Source of the DNA: a virus
Taxonomy: Duplodnaviria > Caudoviricetes
Virus record (IMG/VR): IMGVR_UViG_3300028805_000037
Coordinates: 160,001 to 224,000 of that record
DNA: 64,000 bases
Reading direction: 5' to 3' (one strand)
A model generated the notes under the pieces. That model did not search any database and was not told the origin of the DNA. It worked only from the letters and a program-made list of their open reading frames with translations. Shown here piece by piece: positions 30,750 through 39,291 of the stretch. The translations under genes were made by a program, and so were the position numbers. Within the stretch, counting starts at the first letter, position 1; each line of letters opens with the position of its first letter.

Positions 30750-31937
30750 ATGTATAGAGCTTATAAAATTCAAATTAAAGAAAATGATTATTTAAAACAA
30801 ATTACTATGTCATCTAATAATTTGTATAATTATGCATTATATAATGTTAGACAAAATTTCTTTAAAAATAAAACATTTTTAAATTATTTTGGTTTATATC
30901 CTATATGTAAAGAAAATGAAAATTATAAAAATTTACCTTCTCAAGCTGCTCAACAAGTATTAAAACAAGTTGATAATTCATTTAAATCATTTTTTCAGAC
31001 ATTAAAAGATTATAAAAAGAATCCTAAAAAATATAAATCTAGACCTAAGATTCCTAAATATAAAGAAAAATGTTCTAAAAATATAATAACAATACCAGGA
31101 CAAACTGCTTATAAAAAAGGTAATTATTTACAGTTTCCAAAAACAGATTTTAAAATATTTTTAGGTAAATTACAAATTAATAAAATAATAGAAGTTAAAA
31201 TAAAACCTTATAATAAATATTATGAAGTTTTTATAATATATGAAAAGGAGGATAAAAAACATGTAGAACAAAATGAAAATTATATTGGTATTGATTTAGG
31301 TATTAATAATTTTGTAACTATTACAAACAATATTGATAAGAATCCAATTATTGTTAAAGGCAAAGTAATTAAAAGTATAAATCAATATTATAATAAGAAA
31401 AAAGCAAAATTAATGTCTTATATTGGTAATAAAGGTACTTCTAATAAAATTGAAAAATTATCAAGAAAAAGAGAAAATAAAATTAATGATTATTTACATA
31501 ATGTTTCAAAAAGAATAATAAATTATTGTATTAATAATAATATTTCTAATATTGTTATTGGTTATAATAAAGGATGGAAACAAAATGTAGATATTGGTAA
31601 AGTTAATAATCAAAAATTTGTTAGTATGCCTTTTAATAGATTTATTAATCAATTACAATATAAGTCTGAAGAAGTAGGAATAAAATTAATTTTAAATAAT
31701 GAATCATATACATCAAAATGTGATGCGTTATGTTTAGAAGATTTAAAACATAAAGAAAATTATTTTGGTAAAAGAATAAAAAGAGGTTTATTTAAAACTA
31801 AAAATAATGAATTAATTAATGCTGATATTAATGGTTCATTAAATATTTTAAGAAAAGTAATTGGGAATGACTTTATAAGTTTACTCAATAGAGGGTTAGT
31901 TAAAAGCCCATTTAAAGTGAATTTTAATTCATTTTAA
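30750..31937 (+). CDS. tnpB: TnpB with rearranged RuvC-II (G at the canonical E; alternative E in ESYTSK), degenerate zinc finger, no tnpA
   Basis: GIDLGINN; IVIGYNKGWKQ; NESYTSKCD; INADINGSLNI. Confidence 0.92.
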   Translation: MYRAYKIQIKENDYLKQITMSSNNLYNYALYNVRQNFFKNKTFLNYFGLYPICKENENYKNLPSQAAQQVLKQVDNSFKSFFQTLKDYKKNPKKYKSRPKIPKYKEKCSKNIITIPGQTAYKKGNYLQFPKTDFKIFLGKLQINKIIEVKIKPYNKYYEVFIIYEKEDKKHVEQNENYIGIDLGINNFVTITNNIDKNPIIVKGKVIKSINQYYNKKKAKLMSYIGNKGTSNKIEKLSRKRENKINDYLHNVSKRIINYCINNNISNIVIGYNKGWKQNVDIGKVNNQKFVSMPFNRFINQLQYKSEEVGIKLILNNESYTSKCDALCLEDLKHKENYFGKRIKRGLFKTKNNELINADINGSLNILRKVIGNDFISLLNRGLVKSPFKVNFNSF

Positions 31938-32067
31938 TAAAGTTAAATATTATTTAATATTTTTCATTTAATATTCTTTTTCTTTTTCATTAATTAAAAA
32001 TAATGCTCTTAAAATTATATATACTAGTAAAATATACAAAATTATTCCTAAAGCAATTAACATTGTC

Positions 32068-33066
32068 TTACTCCTTATTATATTTTGTTGGCATATGATC
32101 TTGTCCCCATTTTAATGTTGCACTTGTTTCATGCTCTTGAAAGTAACCGGTAAGATATGCACCAGTAGCATCATAAAGTTTATTTACTTCACCAATTAAA
32201 CCATCATGTATTTGTTTAACAAGAAAACTATTCTTTCTAACTTCAAGTACTTCTACTGCCTTGGAAGGCATAAATGAGCATCCACTACTCATATAAGCAA
32301 TATCTCCAATATTAACTAACTTTGGTTTTCCTTGTTTAAAATTTATATAGCTAACATCCTCAACAGTTTTAATATATCTTCTATCAATAACTGTACCCTC
32401 AACCCAAGTATTATCGTAATCATACGGATATTTTGATAGTAGTCTATCACAAATATTTTGATATTTTTCAACAATATCCTTATTAAGTCTGTTCAATGGA
32501 TAATATCCAATCTTTTCATTAGCAATTTGATTAATTTTTGTAAGGTAATTACCATATGCTTGTTCGTTTTCTTTTCTATAGTCTTTGGTTATCTTAATAA
32601 GTAGGGCATAATATTCTGAACAATTTATTTGGTCACGAAGTATTCTACCATCTAAATCTTTAATTTCTTTCTTTAATTCTCTTGCGTTTGATTCTAATAC
32701 TACAATATAATCACCTTCATAAATATTTCGGGTATGTTTTATCTTATTGGCAGACCTTGGGTTTAATTTTACCAAATCACTTGCATATCTATCTTGGCCA
32801 AATCGCATACTTGTAAACCAACCATCAAGCCAATAAATACCAACTATAGGAACATCGTATGTGTTCTTAATGATGGCAATAATAACATCATCCTTATCTA
32901 TTGCTTGCCCATTACTTTGACATGTCTTGTAAATTTTATTGTATTGCTCAATTTCTTGTGCACTCAACCCTATATTTGATTGAATATTTTTAACTTCTCT
33001 TTCTATATCTTCTTGTAAGATTAGATATCGTAATTTAGCGAAATATAGCTTTATTTTTTCAAACAT
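32068..33066 (-). CDS. hypothetical protein
   Basis: 332-aa ORF with GGAG RBS; visibly more GC-rich than its neighbours. Confidence 0.7.
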   Translation of the reverse strand: MFEKIKLYFAKLRYLILQEDIEREVKNIQSNIGLSAQEIEQYNKIYKTCQSNGQAIDKDDVIIAIIKNTYDVPIVGIYWLDGWFTSMRFGQDRYASDLVKLNPRSANKIKHTRNIYEGDYIVVLESNARELKKEIKDLDGRILRDQINCSEYYALLIKITKDYRKENEQAYGNYLTKINQIANEKIGYYPLNRLNKDIVEKYQNICDRLLSKYPYDYDNTWVEGTVIDRRYIKTVEDVSYINFKQGKPKLVNIGDIAYMSSGCSFMPSKAVEVLEVRKNSFLVKQIHDGLIGEVNKLYDATGAYLTGYFQEHETSATLKWGQDHMPTKYNKE

Positions 33067-33068
33067 TA

Positions 33069-33488
33069 TTATTCTCCTTTTAAAATTTTCTTTGCAGAAC
33101 TAACATAATAGTAACTATCACCAGACTTATATAACTGTTTTAATTTTAATCTCATAGCATTAAGGTGTTCTTCAATGAGTTTCTGATTTATTTCATCGGC
33201 TAATTTCTCAGCTTCTTCTATTGTTTTAGCACAATACTCATGTAGCCAGACACTATTAGTTTCATAAAATATCTTACCATTTATTTTTCTAATATTTTTA
33301 ATTATTTCTTTATCATAATTAACTCTAGTATAAGAATATTTAGTTAATCCGTTATTACAGCAACAACATTTAAAAGTATCAGTCATAATGTCAATACAAT
33401 ATATTTCATCACCTATTTTGTAATTACTAATATTTTTTATATTTTTCATTTTTTTATTCCTTATTAAATTTATAAAATTCTTCAACAC
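33069..33488 (-). CDS. hypothetical protein
   Basis: ORF in operon; true start probably MKNIK. Confidence 0.55.
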   Translation of the reverse strand: MLKNFINLIRNKKMKNIKNISNYKIGDEIYCIDIMTDTFKCCCCNNGLTKYSYTRVNYDKEIIKNIRKINGKIFYETNSVWLHEYCAKTIEEAEKLADEINQKLIEEHLNAMRLKLKQLYKSGDSYYYVSSAKKILKGE

Positions 33489-33837
33489 CTTTAGCTAATT
33501 TAATATATAATTTTAATAACTTTTTTAAACTTTCAAAATTACCATCATTGTATAACTTATAAACTAATGATCCAAATGGAGTAGCTACTAAAATTTCAAT
33601 ATAATCATCTTTATAATTTTTACCAAAAAACTTATTTGGAAAATAGTAATTAAATATAAACCACATTCTTTTAACTTTAAGAATTTTTGGATTTGATTTA
33701 ACTTTCAACCAACCATAAGACCAAGGTTCTATTACAACTTGTTTCTTTCCTTTTATTTTTTCTACACAATATATTTCAGCTAATTCTTTAAACCATTTTT
33801 GTACATTTGTTTTTGTTTCTAATTGATCTAAATACAT
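33454..33837 (-). CDS. hypothetical protein
   Basis: ORF with AAGGA RBS. Confidence 0.6.
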   Translation of the reverse strand: MYLDQLETKTNVQKWFKELAEIYCVEKIKGKKQVVIEPWSYGWLKVKSNPKILKVKRMWFIFNYYFPNKFFGKNYKDDYIEILVATPFGSLVYKLYNDGNFESLKKLLKLYIKLAKGVEEFYKFNKE

Positions 33838-33847
33838 ATTTTTTCCT

Positions 33848-34016
33848 TTATAATCTTACAACACTGATTATTTCAACATTAGTATAATATCTTTTAAATT
33901 TTTCATATAATTCATCAAAACAACTTGCTTCTAATGTAATATTACTTATTACCCATTTACTTAAATTATCTACATAACAAATATTATTTAATTTCCATTT
34001 AACTTTATAATATATT
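33848..34016 (-). pseudogene. 3' part of a gene interrupted by the tnpB 34094 element
   Basis: Joins in frame with MIKYKYKI at 35423-35400 through an ATATT microhomology. Confidence 0.55.
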
Positions 34017-34093
34017 ATATAAAATTTGTGCATAATTTTAATAATTTTTAAAATTTATTATAAATTTATAAAATACTTTAATTTAAATTTAAA

Positions 34094-35380
34094 ATGAAAA
34101 CAATAATTTTTAAAATCAAATTAAATAAAGAATTACAAAAAGTTATAGATGAAGATTCTAGAATATGTTCATCTATATATAGATTTGCGTTTAATAGATT
34201 TCAAGATAGATTATCAAATAAAGATAATTATATTTTAATATCTGAAAAATTTAAAGATGTTAATTGCCATTTAAGAAATTCTTCTTTACGAGCAGCTAAT
34301 AGTTTATTTAAAAAGTTAAAATTTACTAAAGGAGTAAAATTTGGCTTAGTAGATAAAATTAAAAAGGGCTTAATAACTAAAGAAGAATATAAACAATCTA
34401 GAAATGTAGGTATATTATCAGAAGGTGAATTCAATCAAAAAGGTAATAGATTATTTCAAATTGATTTAAAAAATAATTGTTTTATTTATAAAAGAAGTGT
34501 TAAAGAGCATTATAAATTAGAAATTATAGAAAAATTGAATAATAAAAGAAAACATATTTTACAAATTTTATATAATTTAATGATATCTAAAACAATTCCA
34601 GTAACTTTTAAATTAAAAAATGATTTAGTTTATATAACTTATGATGAATCTATAGTTGAAAAAGAAAAACAATTTAAAAATTTATTTAATAATAGAGTTT
34701 TAGGTATAGATTTAAATCCAAATTATTTTGGTTTATCAATTATAGAATTTAATCATAATAATAATTTTAAAATTATATTTAAACAAGTTATAGATTTAAA
34801 TGAATTACAAAATATTAATAATAAAAATAAAATTAAATATGAATTGCAACAAATAAATCATTATTTGATTAAATTATGTAAAAATTATCATGTTTCTAAA
34901 ATATCAGTTGAAGATTTAAAATTTAATCCTAAAAATAAATTTTGGAATAAAGATTTAAATAGATTATGTAAAAATAAATTTAGATATTCTATAATAAAAA
35001 ATCATTTAAAAACTTTATGTAATACTTATGGTGTTCAATATATAGAAGTAAATTCTTGTTATTCATCTATTATAGGTAACTTTAAATATGGCTCTGAAAA
35101 TTGTCCAGATATGATAGCTGCAAGTATAGAAATAGCAAGAAGATGCTATAAAAAGTTTGAAAAAGGTTGGTTCCAACCGATGTTTATTACTAAACAAAGA
35201 TTACAAAAAGTTTTAGGAAATCAATGGAAGAAAGAACTAAAACTAAGTTGTAAATCTTGGAAAGAACTAACTAGGAAAATTAAAGAACTTAAATTAAAAT
35301 ATAGGTTCCAGCTTATACCTTTAAATGCTGTCTTTAGTGTTTTTTATATAAAAAAGTTATATAAATTATATACTTTTTAA
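34094..35380 (+). CDS. tnpB: IS607-type TnpB-like nuclease without a zinc finger (paralogue of 8360-9727), no tnpA
   Basis: GIDLNPNYFG; SVEDL; YSSIIGN...PDMIAASIEIARR. Confidence 0.85.
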   Translation: MKTIIFKIKLNKELQKVIDEDSRICSSIYRFAFNRFQDRLSNKDNYILISEKFKDVNCHLRNSSLRAANSLFKKLKFTKGVKFGLVDKIKKGLITKEEYKQSRNVGILSEGEFNQKGNRLFQIDLKNNCFIYKRSVKEHYKLEIIEKLNNKRKHILQILYNLMISKTIPVTFKLKNDLVYITYDESIVEKEKQFKNLFNNRVLGIDLNPNYFGLSIIEFNHNNNFKIIFKQVIDLNELQNINNKNKIKYELQQINHYLIKLCKNYHVSKISVEDLKFNPKNKFWNKDLNRLCKNKFRYSIIKNHLKTLCNTYGVQYIEVNSCYSSIIGNFKYGSENCPDMIAASIEIARRCYKKFEKGWFQPMFITKQRLQKVLGNQWKKELKLSCKSWKELTRKIKELKLKYRFQLIPLNAVFSVFYIKKLYKLYTF

Positions 35381-35415
35381 TTAAATTTTATAAAAAACAT
35401 ATTTTATATTTATAT

Positions 35416-35655
35416 TTAATCATTATTTTTCTCCTCAAAATACATTGGTAGTTCTTCATCTCCTTCGTAGTTTAGTAATAAGCAATTATAATTATCGTTG
35501 TTATCTGCTTGTTCTAATGTATCAAACCAATATCCACACTTTACACATTTATAATGTTCTTCATTAGGATACTCTTCATCTTTTTTCAAAAATTTACAAT
35601 TTACACAACTATATCTATCATATTTAACCATTATTTTATCCTTTATAAAATTCAT
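35416..35655 (-). CDS. small Cys-rich protein
   Basis: CVNC, CVKC. Confidence 0.55.
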   Translation of the reverse strand: MNFIKDKIMVKYDRYSCVNCKFLKKDEEYPNEEHYKCVKCGYWFDTLEQADNNDNYNCLLLNYEGDEELPMYFEEKNND

Positions 35656-35902
35656 CTGCTACATTTTTTGAAATTGTTTCAACTATTTTTGTTATTTCAT
35701 TTGTTTTTGAATCTCTAAAATATATGTAATATTTACCTTCACCCTTTTCATAATGGTAACCACTACATACATTTCCTAATTCTACTTGTTGTTGACATTT
35801 TTGAATTGCTTTTGATTGATCTGAAGTTGTTGAAAAATACACTAATGAACAAAATCCTACTACTACTGCTACTACAATTGCTACACTAATAACGTTTTTC
35901 AT
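35636..35902 (-). CDS. small membrane-anchored/exported protein
   Basis: N-terminal hydrophobic helix; own TTTACA-N17-TATAAT promoter (~35938-35966). Confidence 0.6.
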   Translation of the reverse strand: MKNVISVAIVVAVVVGFCSLVYFSTTSDQSKAIQKCQQQVELGNVCSGYHYEKGEGKYYIYFRDSKTNEITKIVETISKNVADEFYKG

Positions 35903-35987
35903 TCTTCTTCTCCTTAACTTTTTTAATTTATATAATTATTATAATACATTTTCACTAAAATGTAAATATATACAAATATATTATATT

Positions 35988-36284
35988 TTAATCAATAAGT
36001 TTTTCATATTCTTTTTTATCAATATTTTGACTTACGAGGTATAAAATAAGATAGCCAATTAAATCGCAAACATCATTAAATCTTAAATGTTCGCTATTTT
36101 TAATTCTAGATAACTTATCATCAAGTCTTATTAATATTGAATTTGTATTATCACCTTTATAAAAACATTTGATAGGTTCAAGTGCACTATTTCCATATCT
36201 TAAATTTTTAGTTAAAAGTATACTTTGTATTGCTTCACATGTTTCAATAATTTTCTTTTGTGTATCTGTTAAAACTTGTGCCAT
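35988..36284 (-). CDS. DUF1599-like nucleotide-modification-associated protein
   Basis: KNLRYGNSA...IRLDDKLSRI...DLIGYLIL motif. Confidence 0.7.
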   Translation of the reverse strand: MAQVLTDTQKKIIETCEAIQSILLTKNLRYGNSALEPIKCFYKGDNTNSILIRLDDKLSRIKNSEHLRFNDVCDLIGYLILYLVSQNIDKKEYEKLID

Positions 36285-36295
36285 TTTATTTCTCC

Positions 36296-38056
36296 TTAAT
36301 TTGATATAAATTCAAGTAAATCTCTTTGTTTTAAACTAAATGTAAGTATTTCATCTGCACTTTTTACTCTTTTATTAATTTTTCTATATATATTATCTTC
36401 AATTGTATTTTTCATTACCAACATATAAATATTTACTTTACTTTTTTGTCCTCTTCTTATTATTCTACCAGTTCTCTGTTTCATTCCAGCACCAGTAAAA
36501 TTAAGATTAAAGTGTATCATATTAGAACAAAATTGAAGATTAGCACCAAAACTTAAACAATCACTACATATTAAAAATTTTACTTCATTTTGATTTTTAA
36601 ATTCATCTATAATATCATTTCTTTTTTTCTGCTGTATATCACCTGTAATAAGATAATATTTTATATTATTTTTATCAAATGTTTTACATATTCTATCTGT
36701 TGTTTTAGTTCTACTATCAAATATTATTGTTTTTTCGTTAAATTTATCTACATTATCTATAATCCATTTCATTTTGGGTGAATATGTTTCATCATATAAA
36801 TCTTCATAAACTATATTAGGAAAATCACAAAATTGAAATTTATTATTAGTTGTTTCAAACTGCATTTGTTCTTTAACTTGCTTTTTATATTCTGCAAGTT
36901 CATCTTGATTTGACATATCACCAGGAAATGGATGTTCATCAAGATACTTTTTTACTCTATCTTCAAGTATTCTATTATAATTTTTATAATCTTCTTCATA
37001 AAAATCAAGTTCTATTTTACATATATTTGATTTTACACCAAGATCTATTTCTTTAAAGAATATATATGGTTGTACTATTGATTTTAATTCATTTAATTTA
37101 TTATTTTTAAATAATACTTTATTACCATAATAATCTTCATAAAAATAACGTTCTCTAAAACGAGATAAACCACCACAAAATATATTTTCATTAATAACTT
37201 GAAATATACCAAATAAATTATAATATGAAGTTTCTATAGGTGTAGCAGTTAATGCAAATACATAATTAACTTTATCGCAAAGTTGTTTTACACTAAATCT
37301 ATTATTTAATGTTCCATTAGGTGTTTGTCTACCTAAAGATTTTAATTTTGATGCTTCATCAATAATAATATAATCAAAATGTATATTATCTAAATATTGT
37401 AAATCTATACGAACTTTTTCATAATTTATAACAAGACAAGAAAAGTCATCATAAGATTTAAAATCTTTATATACTTGTATTCTATCATTAGACGAACAAG
37501 CATTAAAAACTTTTAAATTTGGAAAAGCTTTACCTATTTCTTTTTCCCACTGTTTAACAATTGAATTTAATGTTATAATAAGAACTTTATTTAATTGAGA
37601 TTTTTCATTATGTATAAAATGTACAGCTTCTAATGAGGTAAATGTTTTGCCTACACCAGTTCCAAAAGATAGTATACCTTTTTGAATAAAACTTAACCAA
37701 ATAGCACCTTGTTTTTGTATGTCTGCCAATGGAAATTCTTCATTACAAAATTGTTTATAATTATCTATATTAATATCTTTAACTTTATCAGAATTAGATG
37801 AAAATTGTAAATAATTTTTATATTGATTATCAATATTGTTATCTATAATAATATTAAACTTATTATTATAATCTTCATAAAAATATTGTAAATAATGTAT
37901 TTTAAATCTATATTTTCTTAATTTAGAATCATATTGACAAGCAAAAAATTGTTTAATATAATTTTGAATTATATTAAAACTACCATCAATATATACCCAA
38001 TTATTAAAATATACTAATCTAATTATTGGTTTTGTATTATCCATATTCACTTCCAA
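36296..38056 (-). CDS. SNF2-family helicase
   Basis: GTGVGKT, IIIDEAS, LTATP, QRTGRIIRRGQ. Confidence 0.9.
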   Translation of the reverse strand: MEVNMDNTKPIIRLVYFNNWVYIDGSFNIIQNYIKQFFACQYDSKLRKYRFKIHYLQYFYEDYNNKFNIIIDNNIDNQYKNYLQFSSNSDKVKDINIDNYKQFCNEEFPLADIQKQGAIWLSFIQKGILSFGTGVGKTFTSLEAVHFIHNEKSQLNKVLIITLNSIVKQWEKEIGKAFPNLKVFNACSSNDRIQVYKDFKSYDDFSCLVINYEKVRIDLQYLDNIHFDYIIIDEASKLKSLGRQTPNGTLNNRFSVKQLCDKVNYVFALTATPIETSYYNLFGIFQVINENIFCGGLSRFRERYFYEDYYGNKVLFKNNKLNELKSIVQPYIFFKEIDLGVKSNICKIELDFYEEDYKNYNRILEDRVKKYLDEHPFPGDMSNQDELAEYKKQVKEQMQFETTNNKFQFCDFPNIVYEDLYDETYSPKMKWIIDNVDKFNEKTIIFDSRTKTTDRICKTFDKNNIKYYLITGDIQQKKRNDIIDEFKNQNEVKFLICSDCLSFGANLQFCSNMIHFNLNFTGAGMKQRTGRIIRRGQKSKVNIYMLVMKNTIEDNIYRKINKRVKSADEILTFSLKQRDLLEFISN

Positions 38057-38960
38057 ATTATTTTTATAATATATTATATAAAAATTTTTAATTTTTGTAA
38101 ATTTTTGAGTTTTGTATACTGGAGAGAAAAGTAGACGTGAATGAAGAAACCATTGTTTGTTAATGAGTTTGTTAAAAAATCAATTTCGACTTAACCATTT
38201 CTTTACTATTTCTAATATACTAAATATAATACAAATATATTATTTAAGGAATTCTTGACTATTATTCATAATACAAGCTTCAGCTTCAGACTTATACTAT
38301 ATAAGAAGTAGTAAGTAAGAATATCTATAAGTATTAGTAGATGAATTCTAATTCTAATTCTAATTCTAATTCTAATTCTAATTCTAATTCTAATTCTAAT
38401 TCTAATTCTAATTCAGACTTCTAATTTAGTTCTAGTATACCTTTGCTATACTTATTGATTAAGTTAAAATTAGTTTTTACTAATATATTTTCTTCTTATT
38501 CTTCTTATATATTTTACTCTGCAACAATAGTTATATATGTATGCATAGTAATTAGTCTTATATATTGGCATTATCTGTAGTCTTCACTTCGCCTATTAAG
38601 GTTACGTGCAACGGTTTTTACAGGTTACATGTCTATATATCTTTCTAATTTATAACCTAAGAGTACAACATTACTAGGATTTGCTTACCGAATAGCCTTG
38701 TTAGTATACTATTCTTAGGATCATTACTCCTTCATTGTTAGTAAGTAATCGCAATTAATAACATTATACCTATACCATTACTGGCATTCGTCTTTTGATT
38801 CTTTTTATAAAAAAGAATACTTACTATATATCAATTAAGATATATAATAAAGAAAAACGTTTAAACAAGAAAAAACAGTCATAATTACAAAGATCAGAAA
38901 TACTGATTTACTACAAATTTACTACTATTACTTCACAAACTACAATTATATATTATATAA
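38057..38960. other. long non-coding region at the divergent strand switch (candidate origin and/or large ncRNA)
   Basis: No ORF of 60 aa or more; hexamer array; several hairpins; flanking genes point away on both sides. Confidence 0.5.
38344..38414. repeat. (AATTCT)x11.8 tandem repeat
   Basis: Directly visible perfect hexamer array. Confidence 0.95.
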
Positions 38961-38962
38961 AA

Positions 38963-39097
38963 AATAAAAAAGCTTATAGAAATTTTGATTTTAAAACTTT
39001 GGTAAATTTTACTCAGCTTTCTATAAGCTTTATCAATATATTATATTAAATATATTCATTTTATATACTGAGTAAGGTTTTACCAATACCTTTTTAC
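38963..39097 (-). ncRNA. promoter plus hairpin-RNA element, family B copy 2
   Basis: 14-bp stem AAAGCTTATAGAAA/TTTCTATAAGCTTT plus T-tract; loop complementary to its upstream site 39068-39086; homologous to 7412-7550. Confidence 0.6.
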
Positions 39098-39110
39098 AAC
39101 TTTTTTAAAT

Positions 39111-39199
39111 TTCCATAAGAACTATTTTCTCTATACATTTCAACGATTCTATTTACTACTAGATATCTCGATGTACATTTAAGAACAATGGACTTGCCC
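39111..39199 (-). ncRNA. stand-alone omegaRNA-like copy 3
   Basis: Aligns end to end with 4264-4353 (one gap), with compensatory changes. Confidence 0.8.
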
Positions 39200-39250
39200 T
39201 TTATTTTTAAATTTAAATTAAAGCCCTCGGAGTTTCATTGATTTTGAAAA

Positions 39251-39272
39251 TTTTATATAATATATTATAAAA
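39251..39272 (+). promoter_or_regulatory. TTTTATATAATATATTATAAAA motif, putative early/middle promoter (extended -10)
   Basis: Similar copies before non-structural genes at ~44947, 47080, 50225, 54839 (+) and ~885, 23140, 27321, 30678, 34005, 38063, 38946 (-). Confidence 0.7.
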
Positions 39273-39291
39273 ATAATATATGGAGTAGTAT

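Noticed and set aside
38344-38414. CRISPR array
   Set aside because: Pure hexamer tandem repeat with no spacers; no repeat-spacer array was seen near any TnpB-like gene or the Cas4-like nuclease.
38057-39290. tRNA or tmRNA genes
   Set aside because: No cloverleaf, TTC-loop or CCA-end pattern was recognised by eye; tRNAscan-SE or ARAGORN would settle it.
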